Assembly: GCF_000143415.4 (NCBI RefSeq)
Contig: NW_003314291.1
Location: 1,406,517-1,470,516, forward strand
Direction of reading: 5' to 3'
DNA length: 64,000 nt
From: Selaginella moellendorffii
Lineage: Eukaryota > Plantae > Lycopodiophyta
In this document: positions 26,520 to 37,160 of the stretch, piece by piece
Layout: the number at the start of each line of letters is the position of its first letter
Numbering within the stretch: the first letter of the stretch is position 1
Notes under the pieces: generated by a model
Told to the model about the DNA's origin: nothing
Databases searched by the model: none
The model's input: only the letters and a program-made list of their open reading frames with translations
Translations under genes and position numbers: made by a program

Positions 26520-26790
26520 CCAGAAAACCCTAAAACCCTGGAAGGCCCGATCTCCACTAGGCAATCTCTCTGGTTCCACCGTACTGCCCTTCTTCTCGCG
26601 CTAAACGCAACCAATGCTCATTGGCAAAGGAACCGGAGGTGGCCCATACTGCCGGTCGCAAATTCCCGGTATGTACGGAATGCCCCATCCAACGTGGCAA
26701 TTTCAAACTCTCCAAAGAGCCCATCGATCTCGGCCGTTGGATGGTCCACGTGGGCCTACTTTGATAAAGCATATCCTCTTGGGCGCCATA
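26520..26790. promoter_or_regulatory. Bidirectional promoter with telo-box and site II motifs
   Basis: AAACCCTAA at ~26526, and GGCCCA/AGCCCA/TGGGCC at ~26641, ~26718 and ~26751, between the divergent RRM and SelH-like genes. Confidence 0.6.
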
Positions 26791-26886
26791 GCCAGGAGCT
26801 TGCCATTTCGCTTTCCCCTAGCGCCTGGGAGGAGTGTCCTTGAGCAGTTCTTCGTCTTTCTTCTTCTTTCCTCTACGCGCTTGATC

Positions 26887-27711
26887 ATGCCGCCAAAGCG
26901 CAAGGCGAAATCCAAGGCGGCGGGAAAGTCCCGGAAGGCGAAAGCATCCGAGGACGAACAGGTCGACAAGAATACTGCGGCCGAGGAGATTGAGCAGAAA
27001 GAAAGCGCTGGCGAGGTAGAGGAGGCGCAGGAGGAGAAGAAAGACGAGGTCGCGACGAGCGCTGCGGCTCCTCCGGTGGAAGAAAAGAAGGTCGTCGACG
27101 ATGCTCCTCCGCCAAATATTTCGCAGGAAGAGGAGAGCAAGCCAAAGGCCAAGGGCAGGAAGAAGAAAGAATCGGCGCCGCTGGTCCCCGGCACCAAGCG
27201 AGTGACGAGATCCAATCCCGGCCCCAAGGAGGAGGAGAAGGAGAAGGCTCCGCCAGCGTCCAAGGCGCACATAATCATCGAGCACTGGTAAGTTCTTCCC
27301 TTTTCTCGCGTTCCTCGGCATAGAACTTTGCGAGAATTTCTTCTTGGTTTGCAGCAAGCAATGCTCTTCGTTCAAGACCAGGGCCGTGAACATCCAGTCG
27401 CTGCTGATCGAGGCCGATCCAAGCTTGAAAATCTCCATCAACCCGGAAAAGGTACGCGAGAACTTTTGGCCGCGGCGAAGATCTTGCTCGTCTAATACAT
27501 CCATCTTTCTCGCAGCCGCGGAAGGGTTGCTTCGAGATCAGAGACGATGGCGGACGGATTTTTGTGTCGCTCAAGGTAGGGAGAAAAAGTCGAGCTCGAT
27601 CTTCCTCGTAATGAGAATTTTGTGACGCAGGACCTCACGAGACCCTTCGAAGATCTCAAGAAACTCAATCTGGAGGAAACGGCACAGAGCATTCTCAAGG
27701 AGCTGACTTGA
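26887..27711 (+). CDS. Selenoprotein H-like Rdx-family protein (Cys form)
   Basis: K/E-rich N-terminus; spliced IIIEHCKQCSSFKTRA, INPEKPRKGCFEIR, LKDLTRPFEDLK. Confidence 0.9.
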
Positions 27712-27810
27712 TTGACAACAACAAAAGGAATTTCTTCACCCAGATCTACTAAAACCAAAAAAATGCCCTCTTCTTTTGTTTTAGGGTTCTTCATTTCTAG
27801 GGTTGTTGGA

Positions 27811-28281
27811 ATGGATCCCATCCTCCAAGCTCTCCAAGATTCGTACCACAGGCTACTCGCGGCGTGCGCGGCGGCGCTGGAGGCTAAGGAAGTAGCAGCG
27901 GGGGAGCGATCGGAGCGCACGGACAAAGCCCTAAATTCTTTTCTCGAGAGCCACCAGCTCTTCCACGGCGCGTGCGATCGGGCCCAGGAATTCGTGGAGA
28001 GCGTGAGGCAGAGGATTGGGTCCGAGTGCCTGGTGGACGAGGCGACGGGCCCGGTGTCGGGCAGGGTAGTAGCGGGGGACGCCGCCAAGGCGGGAGGCGG
28101 CGGCGCCGCCGTAGCACCGCTGAGTGCCGTGCGACTCGAGCAGCTGAGCAAGGCGGTGCGGTGGCAGGTGATCGATTTGCAGCAGGGCGGCGGCGGCGGT
28201 GCGCTGTCCAATGCCGCTGGTGGCAGTTTGAGTGCCGTTGGCCAAGCCCCTGGCGCTATTGTCACTCCAGAGGATGTTTAA
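27811..28281 (+). CDS. MED32: Mediator subunit 32 (MED2)
   Basis: ACDRAQEFVESVRQRIGSECLVDEATG and LSAVRLEQLSKAVRW. Confidence 0.92.
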   Translation: MDPILQALQDSYHRLLAACAAALEAKEVAAGERSERTDKALNSFLESHQLFHGACDRAQEFVESVRQRIGSECLVDEATGPVSGRVVAGDAAKAGGGGAAVAPLSAVRLEQLSKAVRWQVIDLQQGGGGGALSNAAGGSLSAVGQAPGAIVTPEDV

Positions 28282-28711
28282 AAAATGCTTGTTCGAAGTA
28301 AATAGGCGACATGTGGCACCACTCAATAATGACGTGTGCCAGAGCTAGGGCATGTTTGCCCTTATTTCTATGTCAAATCGACGTGATAAGGTATGTAGTT
28401 TTCCATTTTGCGTTCCATTTATCACTCTAGAACGACAGCGCAACAAATTCTTCGAAGCCCCTAGACTTTTGCGAATGGGGGTCTATGATCCGGTTGCAAG
28501 CCCTCCACTGTGGCTCAAGAACAAGAGGTAAGCATTGTCTGTAAGTTACGTCTCTGAGTTTGTTCTAAGCAGATTGACAAGAGGCTCGGTCGCGTTTCAA
28601 CAGAAAGAAAACGATAGACCGGTGGCCAAAGTGCCTTAGAGCAAACAATTGTCTTCTTCATTTTCCTAGTTCAATTTTCTTGTTTTCCTCCTGCAAGAGG
28701 CTGATGCTGCA

Positions 28712-31700
28712 ATGGTGCTATCGCTCGCATCCAACGTTCCAAATTCGATGATCTTTTGTGGTAAGCTTCTTCCTGTGCGTTTTGTTTTTTTTGCTTTGGC
28801 TTTCCTTACATTGGCTTTCTTTTGTTTTACAGGAGCTGTCTCGACTTCTTCTTCCTTCTCTGGTATGCTCATAACACACATGTCTATGAACGCTGATAAA
28901 TATTGTTCCGCCTCCAGGGAACGAGAAGGACGATAAGCATTCGGACGCTCGAACTTATGCTAAGCTTCTTAGCTCGTGCAACTCTCTGAAAGATGGTAAG
29001 TCGTTGCATGAAGCGATTGTTAAGGAAAAGCTGGACAGAGATGTGTACTTACGCAAACTTCTTGTCAAGATGTACCTCAACAACGGAAGTGCCCGAGATG
29101 CTTGGGAAGTGTTCAAGGAAATTCAACCATCCGTGGACGTAATCCCGTGGACAACGATTATTGGAGCCTTCAACCGAGAAAAACTCCACGCAAAAGCTCT
29201 TGGAGTTTTTCGGTGCATGCTACTACAAGGTCTGAAGCCCGACGCAGTAGCGTTTCTTCCGGTGCTCGAGGCGTGTGCCGCTCTGGAACGCTTAAAGGAC
29301 GGGCTCCTGCTGCACGGCTACATTTTAGAGGCAGGATTAGTGGTCGACTCCGCTCTTGGCAACTCGATCATCAACCTGTATGGAAAGTGTGGGAGCTTCT
29401 CAGAGGCACAAGAGGTGTTTGACCGGATGCCACACAAAAACGTCATCAGCTGGACTTCGCTGGTTGCGGCCTATGGTCGGAACGGACTTCCGGACAGGGC
29501 TCTGGAGCTGTTTCATTTGATGCAGCTTCAAGGTGTGAGACCGAGCAGGATTTCTTTCGTTACGGTGCTTAACAGCTGCGAGAGTTCGTTAAGTGTAGAA
29601 GAGGCCCGGAAGATCCACAGCTGCATCAAGGAAAGTGGCTGTGAGCTACAGATCATCATCGGAAATGCGCTCGTCAACATGTACGCAAAGTGTGGAGTGC
29701 CTGAAGACGCGTTTCAAGTCTTTCACAGGATGGCCGAGCGTGACGTTGTCACTTGGACGGCGCTCATCTCCGCTTGGGCGTTACAAGGGAAAACGATGGA
29801 AACGTCCCTGCTCGTGCGAGAGATGTTGCTTCATGGTGTCACGCCAAACCATGTTACGTTTGTCACGGTCCTCAACGCTTGCGAGAAGCCGTCAAGCCTG
29901 GCCTTTGGGAAGAAAATCCACGCTTTGGCTGTGGAAGCTGGATACGAGCCGGAGCTGATCGTCGGAAACGCTACCGTCAACATGTATGGGAAGTGTGGGA
30001 GCCTCGAAGATGCATACGCAGTGTTTGACAGGATGCCGGCTCGAGATGTCATCACTTGGAACGCTATCATCTCGGCCTACGCCCATCAGGCGCATCACAG
30101 AGAGCCCCTCGTCCTCTTCGAGCGAATGGAAGCCGAGGACGTGACTCCAAACAAAGTTACTTTCGTCACAGTTCTCTACGCTTGCGCGAAGCTGAAAGCT
30201 CTAGAAGAGGGAAGAGCAATCCATGCTCGAGTGTCCGAGGCTGGTTTGGCATCGGAAGTTATCGTCGGGACAGCGCTCGTCAACTTGTACGCAAAGTGTG
30301 GGTGGCTGGACGAAGCTCGAGAGATCTTTGACAGCATGCGACGGGAGGACGTGATCTCGTGGAACTCCATCATTGGTCCCTATGCCGAGAGTGGGATGAT
30401 CTCACAGGCCATGGAGCTGCTGGAGAAGATGGAGTGTGAGGGAATTCTTGCGGACGAGGTGACTTATATCAGCATCTTAAACGCACTTTCCTCTCCCGAG
30501 TGGCTAGAACAAGGTAGGCTCCTTCACAGGCTGATCGCCAAGAGAAAGCTGGGACTCAAAGCCACCACTGAGACGGCTCTACTCAACATGTACGTGAGGT
30601 GTGGAAGCGTGGAGGACGCCGAGGAAGTTTTCAACGCGATGGACCGTCACGACGTGGTGTCGTGGACGAGCATGATCCTGGGATACTACCAGGCAGAGCA
30701 GCACAGCAAAGCTCTACGAGCTTACAAGAGGATGCAGCAGAATGGAGTGCTCCCGGACAAGGCAGCTCTCGTCACCATCTTCAAAGTTTGCTCGAGCCCG
30801 GAGCTCATAAGCGAGGGGAGAATGATCCATGCTTTGTTGAGAGGAAGCGAGCTCGATAATGACACTGAAGTTGGCAACGCCGCGATCAACATGTATGGCA
30901 GAAGCCACTGCTGCGACGCGGCCCGCGAGACTTTCGACTCGATGCCTCGACGAGACTCCGCTACCTGGGGGTCAATCCTCACGACTTTTTCGCAGCACGA
31001 CGAGCACGGCAAAGTGATGGAACTCTTCGAGCTCGGGGAGAGACGGGGCGAGGCTCCCGTCCACACCAAGGCCGGATGCCTGAGCGTCATCCGTGCGTGT
31101 GGAAACTTGGGCGCTCTTGCTCGAGGCAGGAAGATCCACAGCCAGATCGAAGACGCGGCTGCTGGATCGCTCAAGTCGTGTGGCATCGTCGGGTCGGCTC
31201 TGGTGGATATGTATGGAAGATGTGGAAGTGTGGAGGAGGCCAGGAGCGTCTTGGACGGCTTAAGCAGCTCTCGGGACATGGTGCTGTGGACGAGCATGAT
31301 GGTGGCTTACGCACGAAACGCACAGGGATGGAAGGCTCTCGAGATTTTCTGGCTGCTTCAGCAAGAGGGTCTCATCCCGGACGACGTCGTCTTTGTGGCA
31401 CTGCTCTCGGCTTGCAGCAGCGTGGGAGCGATCGACGAGGCACTCGAGTTCTTCGCGTGCATGACACTGGATTACGGACTGGAGGCTGGCAAGCATCACT
31501 TGGGGTGCGTGATTGATCTCCTGGGACGAACAGGGCGGCTGGCAGAAGCGGAGGAGACGATGAAGGCTGCCAAAAAGTTTAGTGACAAGGAAGATGATCC
31601 GGTGATGTGGATGAGCATACTTGGTGGCTGTTCCATCCATCAGGAAGTGGAACGGGGATGTCGAGCGATGAAGAAGATCTTTGGTCAGGAGGATCAAGCT

Positions 31701-31754
31701 GCTGCTCTGGTTATGCTTTCAAACATGCATAGAGTATCTACTACATATCATTGA
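28712..31754 (+). CDS. PLS-class PPR protein with E domain, no DYW; small 5' exons likely (start uncertain)
   Basis: Long exon from ~28918 with repeated N/SALVNMYxKCG...DVVSW P-L-S triplets; E-type HLGCVIDLLGRTGRLAEAE...WMSILGGC...MLSNMH. Confidence 0.9.
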
Positions 31755-31845
31755 GATTTTGGGGACAATTACACTTGGTTATCCCATGCTCATTCAGGTT
31801 AGCAAGCTAAAAAGCTACCACCTTTCTTGGTTTAGGTTTGGCGAA

Positions 31846-33510
31846 ATGTGGGTGGGGAGGTGTGGTGCACTGTGGGCACCTCGACGGCAGCTGCACAAAC
31901 GGGCGGATCCGGTAAGGGCTATAGCAGCTCTGGAGCGTGCCAGAATCAAGGTCGAAGTCTGCAATCAAGTCAAGGTGGACAAAGGCGCTCCTCCCGCACA
32001 GGCCGCATTCCTGGATCTGCCTGACGATGTTAGCGAGTGGTGGCTCACGGGACGCATAAACCGAAAGCTCCTCGTCCGCGAGTGCTACGATCCCATTTTT
32101 AATCTTGTGTGGCAGCACAATGAGGTGGTGGCGAAGGAGAAAGGGATGCCCAGGGCAGGCGCAGTCTTGCTGGGGAATCCTGGCATCGGTAAGACAGGGT
32201 TTTTGTGGCTGGCGTTGTGGAAACTGCTGGCCATGAAATGCAACATCATCATCAGGCTACCTACAATTCGTGACTACATATGTGTCTCTTGGACGGATGA
32301 CGACCAACTCAAAGTGGAGGAGCATAGGGACATTTCGGACGCGCTATGGGCTCGTGGTAATCAGCCCTGGTATCTTGCTGACAATTCGATACCAAGTTCG
32401 GATTGGGCTTTGCGCTGCAAGTTCTTGCTAACGTGTTCTCCGGTCAAAGCTGATTACTATGAGTTTGCAAAGGCCGGCAGCGTCCGGAAGTTCTTCGATC
32501 CAGTCTGGACAGAAAATGAGCTTCTGGCCCTCAACGAGCACAACTTTGGGCATGATCCAGAAGAAGTGAGCGAACGCTTCCTCAAATGGGGTGGTGTGCC
32601 TTACTATGTGCTGGAGAAGATAGGGCCAGATGTCCAAATGGAGATACGCAATGCCATTGGGGCCGTGAGGGATTTCGACCAGATTATCAAGCTCCAGTCA
32701 CTGCAGGAAGACCAGAGTCACAAGGTGCTCCACATGATTGTGGATGAGAGCACTTACTCGACTTACCGCTTGGCTCTTGCGAGTCCCTACGTTGAACAGC
32801 AGCTGCTATCAAATCTCCCGTTACCCGATCTGAAGCGCTTTCTGTCGGTAGAGCAACCAGACGCTTTCAGGGATGTCCAGGGAAAGCTGTTGGAGCATTT
32901 TATTTGTGAAGTGATCATTCCGAAGGGTAGTAAGCTACAGTACAGGGAGCTCCAAGAAAATGGGGAGTTTGGGCCAGTTATGCAGGGGAGCTTCCCAAAG
33001 GTTGCTTCAAGATATGATCTGGATCGAAAGGCAGGAGCTGGGCGTGAGGCTGTTTTTCCAGCACAGATCCTGCCAGGCCACAAGAATGCCCTGTTCAAGC
33101 CTTCCTCGGCAAGGAACGCTGAGTGGGACTTCATTGTGAATGGATCTGTATACCAGGTCACCATTACAGAGGAGCGTGCGCTGCGACTCGGGCAAGCATT
33201 TGAGCGAGCACTTGAGTTCCTCCGAGTCCACCATGGCAACGACAATGAGCTCGACTTCTGCATTCTTGTACCGCTCTTCAATCTCACCAAGTTCACCGTT
33301 GACTGGTTCGATACTGTCAAGCTGGCTGAGAAGGGGAAGAAGTGGTCGTTCAATGACAGACAAGAGATTGCTGGTCAAGTGATGCGCAAGCTCGAGCAGC
33401 TCAACGTCAAGGTGAAGATGGTTTCCCTAGATATTGGGGATGGTTGTCCAGGGTGCATGAGAACAGGCTTTATCAGCAGTCAGAAATCTTGTCTTCCATG
33501 TCTGCACTAG
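31846..33510 (+). CDS. Crinkler/RHS-type (CR) P-loop NTPase fused to restriction-endonuclease-fold domain, intronless
   Basis: LLVRECY, Walker A LLGNPGIGKT (~32173), PWYLAD, LTCSP, PVWTENELL, ERFLKWGGVPYYVL, SHKVLHM, ASPYV, GKLLEH, then WDFIVNGSVYQVT. Confidence 0.8.
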   Translation: MWVGRCGALWAPRRQLHKRADPVRAIAALERARIKVEVCNQVKVDKGAPPAQAAFLDLPDDVSEWWLTGRINRKLLVRECYDPIFNLVWQHNEVVAKEKGMPRAGAVLLGNPGIGKTGFLWLALWKLLAMKCNIIIRLPTIRDYICVSWTDDDQLKVEEHRDISDALWARGNQPWYLADNSIPSSDWALRCKFLLTCSPVKADYYEFAKAGSVRKFFDPVWTENELLALNEHNFGHDPEEVSERFLKWGGVPYYVLEKIGPDVQMEIRNAIGAVRDFDQIIKLQSLQEDQSHKVLHMIVDESTYSTYRLALASPYVEQQLLSNLPLPDLKRFLSVEQPDAFRDVQGKLLEHFICEVIIPKGSKLQYRELQENGEFGPVMQGSFPKVASRYDLDRKAGAGREAVFPAQILPGHKNALFKPSSARNAEWDFIVNGSVYQVTITEERALRLGQAFERALEFLRVHHGNDNELDFCILVPLFNLTKFTVDWFDTVKLAEKGKKWSFNDRQEIAGQVMRKLEQLNVKVKMVSLDIGDGCPGCMRTGFISSQKSCLPCLH

Positions 33511-35284
33511 ACACGTCTGGATACGCCAACCAAAGAACAGCATTCTCCAATTCAAATTCATGGAATCGGATCACATGCAAAACCTAGACTTTGGAGGAAT
33601 GACATAAGTTAGGAGCACACGTGTATTGCGTGGAAGTATGGTGAACGGGAAGACCTCCGGCTAGAAAGGATTAGAAGCTAGAAACTTACCAGATTTCGTC
33701 ATTACAATACCGCTGGGTTTCAACAACATTCAATTGTACAGGATTTCAAGTTCTGGCAGGGCAAATTTCTTTGATCCAGGCCTGAAAGAACGAGAAAATC
33801 CTGCTGTGGGATCCTTCTTGGGAGTTTCTTCAAGTGAAAATTGATTGAGTGTCTTTGTAATTCTTGAAAGAAATGATGTTCTGTGGCATCTCTGAAATGA
33901 GCGCGTGTCATTGCTCCGGATTCTCCTGGGCAAGTGCCGTAATCTAAACGTTCCAAGCTATGGCGTTTCTTTGGCACGCCTTGCTAAACAACTAGATCGA
34001 TCCCTCCAGCGCTCTCGCAGACGATGTGCAATGGCCTGGACGAGCAGATCGCCGAGCTAGTGCAAGCTTCTCCAAGCAAGTAATTAGCAGAATTTTAAAA
34101 AATGGCACAAAAATCCAACATCTAAACATTTCTCTTCGCTTATTTTCAAGTGTAATGGCACCCTGGGAAGAGCTTATGGTGCTGCTTGTCTCAGATCTAA
34201 ACTTCCATCAATTCCCTTGTCATACCGTCTTGAAACTCCACCTATATGTAGGTAGTATGATTTGTGAGAATGGCCTGCGTTTTTTATCTCTCTAGCTCGG
34301 AGAAAGACTGGAGCGATCCTCGGGAATGATTTGATCGTGGATATAGTACGATATTTCCCTCTGCGCCCGAAGCTTTCATCAAGAAAGCTGAAAGCCATTG
34401 CACAAGCTCTTGACGGTTTTGCTCTTGCTCATTGACCACCGAATCATCATAACTTTCCATCCAAACCAATTGACAAGCCCTGGCTCATACCTTGGTGTTC
34501 TCGTCTCGTACAAGAACAAACATTGTGGATACGAGCAGCAGGAGCAAGCGAAATTTTCCAGGTCATGGGCGATTTGCCACAGCCGCCATATTGTGCTCCT
34601 GGTCAAACCAGCGCAAAGTTCAAATCAAAGCATTACAAAATTAAAAGGAAAAAGGAAAAAGCACCAGTTTTTGCAGAGCCCTCTTAGATTTTGCTTTCCT
34701 ATGGAAGTGATCAAGAGCAGTCAATCCGGGTGCTTTGATCAAGGATTGAAGGTCCCTCCCATAATGCCAAAAAGTTGTCCAGCTTGACTACCGATCAAGC
34801 GCTGCTCTACTCGTCAGGATCTTCGCTCCTAGGGCCTTGTCATCCATTGGATCTGCTGCTCATCGAGCTGCGTTGGCGGGCAAATGAGAATGAATGTGGA
34901 ATGCTTTTGGTGGCGATTTTCATCCACAGGCCTAAAATGCTTTGATCCCCATTCACGGCCACATCCAAATCGAGGTCCCAAGTATGGCATCAACATCATC
35001 CACTCCTCTCTAGTGGCAGCACAGCGTTCTTAGAACTTCCACATCCGCACAATGCAGTGGATGGCAAGTTATGCTGCTCCATTCCTGGGGACTGAGACTA
35101 TTGGAAAGAGACATAGGCCTCGGTATTGGGATTCAATCTATGCAGCTCAGCTGGTGACTTCTCTAATTACTCATTGATGATCATTTGTTTGTTTTTAGGC
35201 TGATTGAAAGAGCTATCAAAGACGATCAACAACGATCACGCCCTTAGCTTGCATGGCTGCAGCTAGCAACTTCATGTTCCTATA

Positions 35285-37160
35285 CTAGTCAGGATCCATT
35301 CCAGCTGAAATGGCAATGGCATTGAGCTGTGGCTTTTTGAGATTCTTGAGGTCCATAAGCGACAGTCGCACTGTTGCAGCCGCTGCAGACACATCTGGAA
35401 CTGGGGGACAGCCAGCAAGTGTGGTGTAGTGTTCCTCCCTATTGAGTGCAATATCGCGCAAGAGATTGAGTTCCTTGGTCGGCAACGCAGCTAGGGCATC
35501 TTCAAAGGACCTGATGTGCAGCGTATACGCCAGGACCCGAAGCATGCTCCACTGCGGTGCTGATTAATACTGCCACCCTTGGGATCTTCATCTTTGCTCG
35601 TCAGGCATATAAAGGCGAAGTGCAGCTTCCATTCCTTCAAGTCCACTGGTCGATCACTTGAATGCTCATAAACCTGTCTGCAGAATGCAAGTGCTTGTCT
35701 AAGCTGGTGGTGACCTGCAGCGCCATCAAATGAAGCTGGCCAGCCATGTCCCTGTATACTACAGCCCCGTCAATGTCTCCAAAGTTGAACTTGGTGGGGA
35801 AAAACACAATGCCGTAGCCACGAGCAGGCAGCTCCTTCAACAGGTTTGGAGCAGTCCTGAAGCGTTCAGCTTTCACTGTGGATATGTCCAAGTAGGGAGC
35901 AATCCTTATTCCCAGCCTGGATACCACGTCCGTGAAAAGTCACTCGCATATCCAGCCTATTTCCGCCCAGTTGGTAACAGGCTCCTTCATCACCACTTCA
36001 CAATAGTCACCACCCCGAGCCTTGGCAAAAGTTGCTTCCTTTTCACGGAAAACGTCGATGTAGAGCTCCTCAATGTAAGGTGTACAGAACTTGCCTCTAG
36101 ACAGTGTATAACGAGGATCTATATCCGTCATCTCACTCAGGCGGTGACACTGCTGAGAAACTCTGAGATGCTTCCTAATATCCCGCTCGATGGAACTGAT
36201 GATGCGATGCTCCTCAAAGAAAACCAGTACCGTTTGCCAATCCTCCTCATCCATCTTCAAGCAGCTCCACGGCGTCTTCGACTTTCATCATTTCAAGCAT
36301 CTCTTGGGGCTTGGCCTTTCCTTGGGTCTGGAGAGCCTTCCATTCCTTATCGCAGGCCACAAGTTTGTAGCAGTCATTCAGAATGGCACAGCGACTTGAA
36401 TCACGCTGCCGCTCCTTAAATTGGCCAATAACTGCACCTAGAACTGAGCTTCTCATGTATGTCCTCAGAGCTCTCTCACTCAGCCCCTCCTCACAGCAGG
36501 CACTCCCGACAGAGTCATGCAGTTTCTCTTCGTCTAGCTCAGCCTCTGGAGAAACTCCCCACAAGACCTTACAGCCTTGTAGAAAGATATCCAGTTGGTG
36601 AGCAGCGGCGGAGCGGATTTGTAACGATTGGTTCCAAGTGTCGACATCTAATGCCTGTGTGTCATCGAGGATGAACCAGAAGTCTCGTGGCAGATGTTCT
36701 TCCTGCAAAGAGTCAATCATTTCAATCTCCATCACCATCCTCCAAATAGGCAAAGAGGAGCGCATCCTTGAGGCACCCGAAAAGATCATGCTTCGCCTGC
36801 ATCATGTTCCAGATGCAGAGAATGCGGGACGTGGCCTTGACAAACTGAATACAGGCGAAAACCCTCAGACGAACTCTCTTGCCTTGCCTATGCCTTTAGC
36901 CCCTACCACTACACCACCGTCGTCTGGAATGTCATCGTCCCAGACATCCAAGAACTCCCCAAAACCCTCAATCCCTATAACATCTAGTCTTCGCCCTGGT
37001 CTGCCGCTCTCGAATGCCTGGGTATGGAATAGAAGTTACCTTATCGGGATTGAGCAGATCTTCGTGCTTGAGTTTCCGCATAGCAGTCCATGCTTCGACG
37101 GCTGCTGTCATGTCGCCCACATCGCGCTTGCGTTTTGTGACCGCAGGTCTCCAAAGTTGA
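35285..37160 (-). pseudogene. Decayed second CR-type NTPase + REase gene (different subtype), frameshifted
   Basis: Fragments in changing frames: SIPYP, IGIEGFGEFLD, Walker A VVVGAKGIGK (~36910-36885), FWFILDDTQALD, then FFPTKFNFGDIDGAVV...MALQVT. Confidence 0.6.

Noticed and set aside
27280-27365. Selenocysteine codon in the SelH-like gene
   Set aside because: The spliced motif is CKQC with Cys codons; there is no in-frame TGA
31681-31846. Possible PPR-CR nuclease fusion, since the CR frame is open upstream and overlaps the PPR end
   Set aside because: The frames differ, I found no phase-compatible splice pair, and the overlapping peptide looks non-coding. Long reads could revisit this.
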